This document shows, piece after piece, positions 1 to 9,500 of a DNA stretch of 16,737 nt; within the stretch, counting starts at the first letter, position 1; each line of letters starts with the position of its first letter. This DNA is from Fonticula alba ATCC 38817 (taxonomy: Eukaryota; Protista; Nucleariida): assembly GCA_000388065.2 (NCBI GenBank), contig KB932204.1; one strand, 5' to 3'. The translations under genes and the position numbers were made by a program. The notes below the pieces were generated by a model. The model was not told where the DNA came from, did not search any database, and worked only from the letters and a program-made list of their open reading frames with translations.

Positions 1-9
1 GTGTGTGTG

Positions 10-47
<38 letters not shown>

Positions 48-247
48 TGTGTGTGTGCGCACATGTGTGTGTACATGCGTACATGTGTACACGCGTGCAT
101 GCGTACATGCGTACATGTGTACACGCGTGCATGCGTACATGCGTGCATGCGTACATGCGTGCATGTGTACATGCGTACATGCGTGCATGCGTGCATGTGT
201 ACATGCGTACATGCGTGCATGCGTGCATGCGTGCATGTGTATGTACG
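1..247. repeat. Compound microsatellite: (GT)n-like tract (1-72) followed by 21 tandem octamers RCAYGYGT (73-240)
   Basis: Read directly: units acatgcgt/gcatgcgt/gcatgtgt/acatgtgt/acacgcgt in exact 8-bp phase from 73 to 240; strict purine/pyrimidine alternation from 1 to 247. Confidence 0.97.
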
Positions 248-567
248 AGAGGAGGGCAGGGGGGGGAGGCTCGCACAATAAAGCTGTGGTGCCGCGAGCC
301 GGCGGCTCCTCGGGCAGTTGTCTCGTCAGGGGGCCGGGGAGGAGCGCCGGGGCGGCTGCCGGCACGCGAGTGCCCTGCCGAGCCTGACCCTGCCACTGGG
401 CGCGAGAATGCCTCGCAGGCCTGGGCAGGCCCGGGCGAGCGAGCGAGCGAGCCGGTGGGTCTAGGCCCTCCGGGACATCTCGGCGAGGAGGGCAGGGCGG
501 GGCCGGGCTCTCCTCGGGCGGCGCGAGCGCCGCCGGTTTTGGCGCCTGGACGCGGCCGACCCCCCAA

Positions 568-641
568 GGCCCCATAGCTCAGTTGGTTAGAGCGTCGTGC
601 TAATAACGCGAAGGTCGTCAGTTCGATCCTGGCTGGGGCCA
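568..641 (+). tRNA. tRNA-Ile-AAT: tRNA-Ile, anticodon AAT (602-604)
   Basis: Acceptor stem GGCCCCA/TGGGGCC plus A73; D arm TAGCTCAGTTGGTTAGAGC; anticodon stem TCGTG/CGCGA around loop CTAATAA; T arm GTCAG-TTCGATC-CTGGC; no encoded CCA; ANN anticodon is the eukaryotic inosine type. Confidence 0.97.
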
Positions 642-649
642 CTGGTCTC

Positions 650-653
650 TTTT
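650..653 (+). terminator. Pol III oligo-T terminator of tRNA-Ile
   Basis: TTTT 9 nt after the discriminator base. Confidence 0.7.
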
Positions 654-679
654 GCCGGGCGGGGGCGGGGAAATGTGTG

Positions 680-693
680 GGTTATATATAACC
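680..693 (+). promoter_or_regulatory. TATA-like element upstream of tRNA-Lys (palindrome GGTTATATATAACC)
   Basis: TTATATATAA at 682-691 lies at -32 to -23 relative to the tRNA-Lys 5' end (714), in an otherwise very GC-rich context. Confidence 0.65.
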
Positions 694-713
694 TCGGTGC
701 GAGGGCTGTCAGC

Positions 714-786
714 GCCTGTTTAGCTCAGTTGGTAGAGCATGGGACTCTTAATCCCAGGGTCGTGGGTTCGAGCCCCACAGCGGGCT
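714..786 (+). tRNA. tRNA-Lys-CTT: tRNA-Lys, anticodon CTT (747-749), copy 1
   Basis: Acceptor GCCTGTT/AGCGGGC (two U.G pairs) plus U73; anticodon stem TGGGA/TCCCA, loop CTCTTAA; T arm GTGGG-TTCGAGC-CCCAC. Confidence 0.97.
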
Positions 787-792
787 GCCTTC

Positions 793-797
793 TTTTT
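793..797 (+). terminator. Pol III oligo-T terminator of tRNA-Lys copy 1
   Basis: TTTTT 7 nt after the discriminator base. Confidence 0.75.
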
Positions 798-884
798 GGC
801 CGCCTGCGCGTTCCGGAGAGCACGCACGCGTGCGCGCGCGCGCACTTGAAAAGACCCGCCAGTCCTGCGAAGGACATGTGCCCA

Positions 885-956
885 GCTCGTTTAGCTCAGT
901 GGTAGAGCGCCAGTCTAGTAAACTGGAGGTCGGGTGTTCGATCCACCCAATGAGCA
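885..956 (+). tRNA. tRNA-Thr-AGT: tRNA-Thr, anticodon AGT (917-919)
   Basis: Acceptor GCTCGTT/AATGAGC plus A73; D arm TAGCTCAGTGGTAGAGC; anticodon stem CCAGT/ACTGG, loop CTAGTAA; T arm GGGTG-TTCGATC-CACCC. Confidence 0.97.
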
Positions 957-958
957 CA

Positions 959-966
959 TTTCTTTT
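959..966 (+). terminator. Pol III oligo-T terminator of tRNA-Thr
   Basis: TTTCTTTT starting 3 nt after the discriminator base. Confidence 0.7.
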
Positions 967-1035
967 GCCCGCGTGTGCGGGACCGCGCGCGCGCGCGTCT
1001 CCACGCCGGGCGCGAGCCCCGGGGGAGAGGAGGGG

Positions 1036-1056
1036 GCCGCCGCCGCCGCCGCCGCC
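1036..1056. repeat. (GCC)7 microsatellite
   Basis: Seven perfect GCC units. Confidence 0.85.
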
Positions 1057-1342
1057 GGGGCAGGGGAGGCCGCGCCCCAGGCTGTTTTTTGCTCTCTCTC
1101 CTTGACGCGCCGGCCGGAGGTGCAGAGGAGTTGGCAGGGGGGGCCCTGCAACGGGCCTCGAGGTGCGGGTGGCCCTCTGCTATCTGCGCTTGGGGAGGGA
1201 CACAGGGCGGGCCGAGTCTTCGGCCGCCCGGACGCGCGGCTGCCTGACGGGGCGCCTCCCACTGGGGGATGCATTCTTCGGTGCGGGGGCAGGCGTGCGC
1301 ACACACGCACGCCTGCCGGCCCATGGGCATCTGAGAATCTCC

Positions 1343-1345
<3 letters not shown>

Positions 1346-1401
<56 letters not shown>
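1346..1401. repeat. (AG)28 microsatellite
   Basis: 56 nt of perfect AG repeat. Confidence 0.97.
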
Positions 1402-1403
<2 letters not shown>

Positions 1404-1440
1404 GGGGCACACCGGCCGGTGGGGACGCCTCGGCCGCCGT

Positions 1441-2400
1441 GGGCCCGACGCTCGAAAAGAGCCTGAACCGCATCTGCAACGGGATGGCCACTGTGCGCCG
1501 GACGAGCTGGGGGCACACCGTTGGTGCCTCCGGCGGCCGCCAGCCCCAGCTGGCCGTCCGGCGTGGTGGCCCTCCGGTCACAGGGCAGGGCGAGCGCATG
1601 CCCACGCGCGGGTGCACCTCGCCATGGGTGGCTCGCTCTCGGAGGAGGAATGCACGGACACCCGGCGGCGACCTCTGCCAGGGCCCCGGCAGCTTGGAAG
1701 AGGGGCCGATCTCCCCGCACGATGGCCTCCAGGAGCGGGGGCATGGGCGTGTCCGACACGCCGAGGGGGGGTGCGCCGGTGGGTGGAAGCGGGACTGGCG
1801 GTCCCCGGGGCACGGAGGGCAGGGCGATGCCAGGCATCGGGCTAGGAGGCCAGTGCCGGGGGGGGGGATGAGGGCGGGCAAAATGCTTGAGGGGCCCTGG
1901 GCTGCCGGTCGCAAGCGGGGCATCCCAGCGGGGCACAGGGCGACGCGAGGCGGCCATCGATGCAGGCAGATCCTGCGGGCTGGCGGCCGAACGAGCCAGC
2001 TTGGAAGGTGAGTGGCGACCATAATGGCAGGGGGAGCCGGCCGAATGCGCTCGGGCAAGGAGGGCATCCGCCGGCCGCACGGGTCCGTCCCTTGGTGCGT
2101 GGGAGATATCCAGGACCAGTGGGTGGACGGGCACGAGGGGCATGGGCGAGCCCGAAAGAGATGGAGACAGGGAAGGAGCGAGGGAGAGCATGCATGTGGG
2201 TGGGTGGCGGACTTCTGGGCAACACATGTGCGCGCAGGGCAGCCTCCAAAAGCCGAGCACCCGGGGGCTGCTGCTTGCCGAGCAAGAAAAAATCCCCTAC
2301 AGCCATGCCCGCCTCACGCTCGCCCTGATGGAGGTCCGGCCAAGAGCACCGGCGCTTCGACGAGTGTATCCTGCCTGGCGGGCGGGGCAAGAGGGACCAC
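1441..2400 (+). pseudogene. Possible decayed coding relic, family unknown
   Basis: Short stretches with G/C-ending codons and protein-like text (TLEKSLNRICNGMATVRRTSW near 1450; LLLAEQEKIPYSHARLTLALMEV near 2270) in different frames. Strand is partly ambiguous; no recognisable domain. Confidence 0.2.
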
Positions 2401-3890
2401 CGCAGGCCTTTGAGCGCGCTCTCCTGCGGGGCTGTTTGTGTGTGTGTGTGCGCGCGCGGGGACTGGGCAGGGGGATCGTGGCGAGTGCGCCTGCAACGCT
2501 GCTGTCCAGCCGGCCGGTCGAGAGGTGGCCCCACGCGGCCGAGGGAGCGAGCCTCGCGTCGGTGGCGTCAAGCAGGACGGGCCCCCTGCTCGAAGGCAGC
2601 CCGCGTCTCCTCCCAGGGGGCGGCGGTGGGTGGACATTTGCCCGCCCGGGCGCATCCCCGCAAGGGGTACGTCGCGGCCCAGGCCGGCGCCGCACGGTGG
2701 GGGCCCGCACGCCCGCCGGCCGAGTGGGGCTGCAGTGTGCCTGCCCTGGGCCATCGGTGCGATCCCCCGGGGAAGGACCAGCGCCTCGAAGAGCCAAGGC
2801 GCCGCTCGGTGCCCGTGCAACGGCGGCCCCTCCCTGTGGCCGGGCAGCGGGCATGCGCCAAGGGGAATGGGCGGCTGGCAAGGGGACGAGGCCGCGGGGC
2901 CGACACTGCCACCGGGCGCGTAGGCGATCTCGAGGAGGATCGCTGCGCGGGCACCCGGCCGGGGCCCGTAGGCCGGGTGAAGTGCGCGACAGCATGCCGG
3001 CATCTGGAAACCGCCGGGTGCCCGGCCGCGGGGCTAGATCCCCCCTCCCCAAAGGAGGGCCAATAGCGAGACCTGCTCTCGGGGGAAAGGAGCGACCATG
3101 CCCAGGGGAGGGCGGGCGCGCGCGCGGGGCCGGCGCCCATCCGGCGTCAGGCCGGTGGGTGGGGCGTTTGATCGCGCGGCCCGCGCCAGGGGGGAGCCGG
3201 CGGGGGGGGGGGGAGGCCGCCCAAAAAGCCTGTGGCGGCCGCGAGGGCCGGGGAGCCCGGGACAGGCCACCATGGCCGGGGCACCCCAGACGAGGAACCT
3301 CTCGCCGGGAAAGCGAGCCATCTGCAAACGCAGACAAAGGGGAGAAAGGGCCGAAAAAGAGGAATAATAATTGGTGTGTATGGCGCGGTCCGGAATACAG
3401 GTTCCGATGGCGGGGACGCGGGCAGTTCGCTCTTCTCGGGGCAACCCACGGCCCTGGCTGGTGCGTGGGCGCCCCTCCGCCCCCCGGGCTTCAACGTCCC
3501 CCGGGGCCCTCCCCGGCGGGGGTGGCACCCGCCAGCAGCCTCGGGCATGTTCCTGGCATTCGGCGCGCGCGATCTGCCTGGGGACTCCCGCGCGAGCGGG
3601 CCCCCGCTGGCCACGCCCCTGGGCGATAAAACGATACAATCGCAAGGCCCCCCCCGGCGAAGGGGTGCGCGCGTCGATGCCGTCAGTCCGCGCGGCCCCC
3701 GCCTCTGCACACGCGCCGTTGGCCCCTCTGCGCCCCCCCGCGCGTAGGCTCTCTCGTCGGGACAAGCGACCCTCACATGGTGCCCCCGCCCCCCCCCGGG
3801 CACCGGGCGCGGGCGTCTCCCCCCTCGCAGGGGGAGGACGGGGATCCCAGAACACGCGGCGGGGTGGAGGGAGAGGGCAAACGGGGCGGC

Positions 3891-3894
3891 AAAA
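3891..3894 (-). terminator. Pol III oligo-T terminator of tRNA-Lys copy 2
   Basis: AAAA on the plus strand (TTTT on minus) 11 nt downstream of the discriminator base. Confidence 0.65.
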
Positions 3895-3904
3895 TGAGAG
3901 TGTA

Positions 3905-3977
3905 AGCCCACTGTGGGGCTCGAACCCACGACCCTGGGATTAAGAGTCCCATGCTCTACCAACTGAGCTAAACAGGC
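3905..3977 (-). tRNA. tRNA-Lys-CTT: tRNA-Lys, anticodon CTT (complement of 3942-3944), copy 2
   Basis: Reverse complement matches copy 1 (714-786) at 72 of 73 nt; the single difference is acceptor position 68 (C to T, plus-strand A at 3910). Confidence 0.95.
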
Positions 3978-4003
3978 TGTTGCTGGACCTCGATCCAGGG
4001 CTC

Positions 4004-4009
4004 TTATAT
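4004..4009 (-). promoter_or_regulatory. TATA-like element upstream of tRNA-Lys copy 2 (ATATAA on minus strand)
   Basis: Minus strand reads CATATAAGAG with ATATAA at -32 to -27, the same offset as for copy 1 although the flanks are otherwise unrelated. Confidence 0.6.
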
Positions 4010-4469
4010 GTGGTTGAGTGGCTCGCACGTCCCGCACGGGGGCACCCTCGGCCGGTCCTCCTCCACACCGGGAGGGGGCGCCCCATCCTGCGAGGTGAAG
4101 GCACGGCAAAGCGGGAGATGGCCGCCGTGCACGCCGTCCCTCCACGCCGAGAGGCCCTCATGCCATGCTCTCCCTGGCCGCGGGGAAAGGGCCAGGGAGC
4201 TCCAGTGGCTGCCTTGTGGCGGCGGGGGCGAGAGAAAGGGAAAGGGCCGGGGACAGGCCACCCGTCGGAAAGGCCACCCGCCACAACCCGGTAGAAGAGG
4301 GCCCGGGACGATTGTCGGCGGCCGGCGGCACACGGGGCGAGGTGGCAGCTGCTCGGGGAAGACCCGCCCGGAGGGGAGCCTGGCTGTGGCCCGGCCTCCG
4401 GCCCCAGGGGCGGGGGCCACCGCGAGCCCGCCTTTCGGTGGCACATGGCCGACCTGGGTCCAATGCATG

Positions 4470-5810
4470 TCGGTACATGAATCTAGCCCATTGGCGTGTG
4501 GTTGGTCGGCTTTCCGGTTCTGCCGGAGTGATTCTGGCGCGGGCAGCCATGCTCCCCGAGTGCGGCCCCAAGATCGAGCGCATGCCAGGTGCTCGTTCCT
4601 TTTGCTCGGCGGCTCTGTCCGCCGCGTCGAGATGCGCCCGGCCGGGATGCGGCCTTCGGCCTGGCCTGCCGTGCGGGGTGTGTGCCCGGCGGGCAGGGGC
4701 CCCCGGGTGCGGAGCGTCGGATCGGCAGCCCAGCCGCCAGGCGGGGAGCGCCTTCAAGAAGGGTCCTCGGGCGGGGGCTGGGCGACGTGGGGCGTGGGGC
4801 GCCCTCGCTCGAGGACCGAGTGGATGGGCACTGGCGCGGGGCTCGGCCCCGGGCGGCCTCCTCGCGCCGGGGGCGCGGCCCTGTCGGGTGGGGATGCCTG
4901 GCGATCGGCCGCGGGTCGAGTCGCCGGGCGGGTGTCCCTCCCGGGCCATGGGCAATTCACAAGGGCAGCCGGCCCCTTTCACGTTGGCCCTTGCGCATGG
5001 CTCCGCGGGGGAGCGCGCGAGGAGGGGACTCGCGCACGACACGCTCATCGCATGCGCCTCCACCGTGGCGACCCCTTCCTGAGGGGTGGTCCGCATGGGA
5101 TAGTACTCGGGGCCGGGGTCGGTTTTATTTCCCAGGCCCCATGCGCCCGGATGGCAATCGGCCCGCCGGGGCCCCCGCACGATGGCCCATCCGGCGTGAC
5201 AATGGCCCGTGCCGGGCAGGAAGCGGGTGCTGCCCCCTGCCGGGAAGGCAGCAGCCCAAGTGAGTGCGACTGTGCGTGTGCCGGCACGCGTGCGCACCTG
5301 TGAACATGCGCGAGGGGATGGCAGCCACTTGCTTTGAGGGAGGGGGGGGGGGGGCCAGGGATCTGGTGGTGGGGTGTGCGCCGGCATCGGGGGGAGGGGT
5401 GTGCCTTGCTTTGGGCGCGGGGAAAGGCCATGCTGTCACGCCCCCGGGCCCGGGAGATCGCAGCACTCAGGGCAGTCTCGACGAGGCCATCACCGACACC
5501 GGCAGGCATGAGAGTCGTGGATGGCCTCCGGGCAACCGGCATGCCGGGGTGTGCCGGCGAGGAAGCGGGAAAAAAAAATGTTCCCACCCCAAGGTCGCGC
5601 TGACGCCGGAGTGGCCCGAACGAATGGACTCCCCCAGGCCCGCCCCTGCAGGGCCGCACGCGCCAGGCACTTCCTCGGCATGTGCGGGCGTTTGGCCGGG
5701 CAAGTTGGGGCGGTGCTGGGGGAGTCCGCGCGAGGGCCCTTTGCGGGAGGTTCGCGCGGAGTCAGGCAACCTCGGGCCGGGGGGGTCGAGAGAGGTCCGG
5801 CGCGGCAGCG
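4470..5810 (+). pseudogene. Possible decayed coding relic, family unknown
   Basis: Protein-like fragments in shifting frames (NLAHWRVVGRLSGSAGVILARAAMLPECGPKIERM; FLLLGGSVRRVEMRP; GIVLGAGVGFISQAP; GSLDEAITDTG; HPKVALTPEWPERMDSP) with patchy G/C-ending codon bias; no continuous ORF or named domain. Confidence 0.25.
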
Positions 5811-5813
5811 GCG

Positions 5814-5882
5814 CGGCAGCGGCAGCAGCAGCAGCAGCAGCAGCAACAGCAACAGCAGCAGCAGCAACAGCAACAACAACAG

Positions 5883-5956
<74 letters not shown>

Positions 5957-6011
5957 ACAGCAACAACAGCAGCAGCAGCAGCGGCAGCAGCAGCGGCAGC
6001 GGCAGCAGCAG
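5814..6011. repeat. Interrupted trinucleotide tract (CAG/CAA/CGG), 66 triplets
   Basis: 198 bp in unbroken triplet phase: mostly CAG with CAA interruptions and CGG only near the two ends; followed directly by TAA. Confidence 0.97.
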
Positions 6012-6049
6012 TAAAATAGCCTGCCCTCGGCCAGGCATCCAGCACACCA

Positions 6050-6121
6050 TCCCGATTAGTATAGTGGTGAGAATCCCCGCCTGTCACGCGGGAGGCCCGG
6101 GTTCAATTCCCGGATCGGGAG
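6050..6121 (+). tRNA. tRNA-Asp-GTC: tRNA-Asp, anticodon GTC (6083-6085)
   Basis: Acceptor TCCCGAT/ATCGGGA plus G73; anticodon stem CCCGC/GCGGG, loop CTGTCAC; T arm CCGGG-TTCAATT-CCCGG; D stem weak (see findings). Confidence 0.95.
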
Positions 6122-6126
6122 CATGC

Positions 6127-6133
6127 TTTTTTT
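6127..6133 (+). terminator. Pol III oligo-T terminator of tRNA-Asp
   Basis: T7 run 6 nt after the discriminator base. Confidence 0.8.
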
Positions 6134-6509
6134 CGCGCGGGCACATGGCCCCGGCGTTGGCCTTTCGATAGCACAGTAGCTACGACGCTCGGGTTAAGTG
6201 GGGGCGTTCGGTTAAGGACCTCTTTGCCCGTGGTCACACCGCTGAGTCAGGCGAATGGCCCCCACCCCCAGCTCGTCCCTGTCCCCGGGGGTGGCTGGCG
6301 CCCGCCCTTGAGTCTGTTTCCGCCTCGCCCCTTTGTTGTTTCCCCCATGCGAGGCCCGGAGACGGGGGCTTCACGAGATTGCCCCCCGGGGGGGAGGGGG
6401 CCGGCATGTGCGGGCCAAGACCATGCACTTGGGCGGTGGGAGAAAACGCTCCGTGACCGGGGGGGGGCGACTGTGGCATGAGTCGGCGCCGGGGCATGGG
6501 TTTTGGGCT

Positions 6510-9500
6510 CTGTCAAGTGTGCCGATTGCTGGAGGGCCTCCGTGCGTGGGCTGCTGTTGGGAGTGGCGGGGAGCTGGCTTGGATCGAAGGGTACAGATTG
6601 GTTGGCGGCAAGGGCACCATGGATCGACCCTTTGCGAGGCGTGCCCGGATATGTGCTTTTGCAGACACAGTAGGTAGTAGGGGCAGGAAAAGCTCAAGGG
6701 CTGCACGCCTGGACGGGGAGGTTGGGGGTGACGAAGAGACAGAGACAGAGAGAGGAGGAGGAGAGAGGGAGAGAAGAGACACGGGCACAATACACACGGA
6801 CACACAGAGGCACAATATACACACAGAGAGAGGAAGCCCCCGGGGGTGGACGCACCCCTTCGTCAGCAGACAAAAAGGGCCCCGCCAAGACAATTTCCCC
6901 TGTGCGTCCTTTTTTTACCGCTTGTGCCTTCGCTGGTCCCCACCTGAGCGTGGCTTCGCACTTCCCTCGACCGGCGCCCCGGACATGTCCGGGGCCTTGT
7001 GGCCACCCCGGCGACGGTGCCCCGGCAGATGGAGGTCCCCTCCCTCTTGCGCCGTGGCCCCATGCTGTTGGCCCTCTGCCGCCGGATGTGCCTTTCATGG
7101 GTGTGGCGTCCGTCCATTTGCCGGCATTCAAGGCTTTGGAGCCCCGCCACTCGGAGGCGCTGGCTCCGAGGGGCGTCCTTCGGTCGCTGCTGGCGGCGCC
7201 GAAGCCGGCGCGTGGCATCTATCCGCATGTACCGACGAACGCGCGTGCCCATCAGGCGGGCGAGGCGGGCGGAGGAGCGGCGCCTCGGCCAGGCCGGCAG
7301 CCGACACGCACTGACCGGCCCGGGGCCGCTCGACACCCCGGGGCGGGCGCTCTTCCTCGTGGCGGCCAATGTAGCCCTGCTGGCGCACAATGGCATCCGG
7401 CTGCCGCTTGCGTCCGGTCAATCGGGCTGCACCTCGGGCCGGGTGTACTGGTGCCGGGCCGGGGTGGACGAGGGCACGGCCTTCCAGCGGCGGGGGATCC
7501 GGGTGTACCTGCCCACCTGGGCCGGGCCGGTGGGCCTGCCATGTGGGGGTTCGCTCCTTGGAGGCGCGTGCGGCACACGGTCCGACCCCCGGGGCCCGTG
7601 GGCGGCTCGCATCGCGCGCCTGGGTGCACGCGCCGGCCGCCGACCGATGGACCCGATGAGGATGGCCACCGACCCGGGCCACGATGCAGCCCGGGGCCGC
7701 GTCGCCGCCGGTGCGATGCTCCCGTCCGCGCGCGCGGCCCAGGTGGCCGTGCCCATGAAAACCATCCAGATGGGGCTGGGCTTCACCCTGGCTGGCCGCC
7801 GACGACCGCCTGCGCTGCCCGGGCGTGACCCCTGCCCAGGGGCGGCATGTGTGGGCCGAAGTGCGCGAACAGCTTGGCGGGGCCTCCTCGGCATGCGGCT
7901 CGGTGCCGATGCGCCGCGGACATTGGCCGGCAAGTGCGCTTCGGCTTGCTGGGCGCCCTCTTCGCCCATGGGAACCGGCTGCCTCGGCCGCGGGCCGGGC
8001 ATCTGGTGGTGGCGGAGTTCGACCGTGCGCGCGCGCCATGCCGGCCGGATGTCGGACCTGCCGGTGGAGGCGCGCCCGGAGCTGGCCATCGTCCGCGGGG
8101 TGGTGCCCCGGGTGAACCCGGTCGATGGGCCCGGGCAACTGCTTGGCATGACGCGGCCGCTGCCCACAGTCTCCCTCTTCCGGCAGGTGCGTCTGCCCGT
8201 CGGCGCGGGTGGGCTTTGGTTGTGGCGCCGGGGCCGCGGGGAGGCGCGGGCGGTTGGCCTCTTCCTCCGCGGGGGGCACCTGCGTCGGAGAGAAGGGCAC
8301 CACTCATGCGTGCACCGGGTGGGGGCGTGCCGGCGGGCGGGCGGGGCCGGCCAGATCGGCCTGCCGCGCCTCGAGGGCATGGCGCTGGCGCGGCCCTTCC
8401 GTGGGAATGGCCACCTGCTGCAGCCGACCCGTGATGGGGTGCTTTCGGGCGCGAGCCGGCGCGAAGAACCCTCTCCGACATGTGAATCAGCCATTCAGGG
8501 TGCCGCCCGGGCAGCGACGCCAGCGGGGCACTGACTCGCCCGATGTCCGGGAGGCCGATCAGCGAGGTCCAGCTCCGAGAAGCCGGGTGGACGCCAACGC
8601 CGGGACCGGCAGGCGGGAGGGCGCGGCCGGGCACGCCAGCGACACGTGCACTGCCCCCGGGGCGCGGCACACTGGCCTCCGGCGGCCGGGGTCCGGCCCG
8701 GGCAGGTCGACGGGCTTGGGGGCGTGCTGAACCCGGCGGCGCTTCATGGTCCTCGGGCAGCGGGTGCGGTCGCTGCATGGGAGCCCTCCCCGTGGCCCAT
8801 AGGCCCTCCCTGGGCAGCTCGAGCACCCAGCCGGCGGGGCCTGCCTTCGCCCGGGCGCTGGGCACCGGCCGCGGTATGGACCGGTGCTTGGAGCCGGCCG
8901 TCCGCCCGGGCGAGGACCACTGCCAGGGGCTGGTCGACGGCCAGTGGGTCATCGAGGGGGGGGGGGCCGCGGCCGGGTCTGGCCATCGGCCATCGGACCG
9001 TCACCCGTGAGGACCCGATGTCCGGCATGGGGCGTGCTTTTCCCCGGGCACCGGGCGAGGGCGGGAAGAGGGACACACGTGCGAGACAAAAAAAGGTGCG
9101 GTGGCGGGGCTGGTCGGGGGGCAGGGGGCAGCCCTTGAGCTGACGCCGGCAGTGGCGCGGCCTCGGGGCAAGCAGGCGCCGGCACCTGGCGGCGGTGGAT
9201 GACAATCGGATTCTGCCGGTCGGGCCGCATGCCAGGGGGAAGGGGCGCTGATGGGGGCGAGCGTGCCTCGGACCCGGCAGGAGCGGGCCTTCCGCCCGGC
9301 CGGGGTCTTCGCCCCTGCTGGGCTCGGATACGCTGGCTGTGGTGGCCGGCTGGGAGGTGCGGCTGCGGGGGGGCGGGGGGCGGGCAGGATGCCCCCGCCT
9401 TCCGGGGGCTGGGGCTGCTGCGCACACGGGAACCGGCGCCAGGCGTCTCGGGATGGCAAGGTGCTGAGCGTGGCCGGTGTGCGCGGGGGTGAGGGCTCGC

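Noticed and set aside
277-282. AATAAA polyadenylation-like hexamer
   Set aside because: Single hexamer with no supported upstream gene in the window.
1-577. Cys/Val/His/Met-rich ORFs in three frames
   Set aside because: They are translations of the RY microsatellite; no start context or domain.
896-2260. Minus-strand 454-aa ORF with ankyrin-like phrases (PLLEAIVRGD, DAVQALFERRA)
   Set aside because: No TPLH consensus or 33-aa periodicity; codon bias near 1450 favours the plus strand; the ORF runs through (CT)28 and antisense over tRNA-Thr.
714-3977. Inverted repeat pair about 3.1 kb apart, as possible transposon terminal repeats
   Set aside because: The repeats are just the two tRNA-Lys genes; flanks are unrelated, with no target-site duplication or transposase.
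5490-6087. Poly-Leu and poly-Ala/Val minus-strand ORFs resembling TM segments
   Set aside because: Pure translation of the triplet tract; they also overlap or abut tRNA-Asp.
6168-6220. A-box-like TAGCACAGTAG followed by GTTCG, as a possible decayed tRNA or SINE
   Set aside because: No acceptor, anticodon or T-stem pairing could be drawn.
6730-6840. Purine-rich AG/AC low-complexity patch with an imperfect GCACAATA repeat
   Set aside because: Degenerate simple repeat with no consistent unit or structure.
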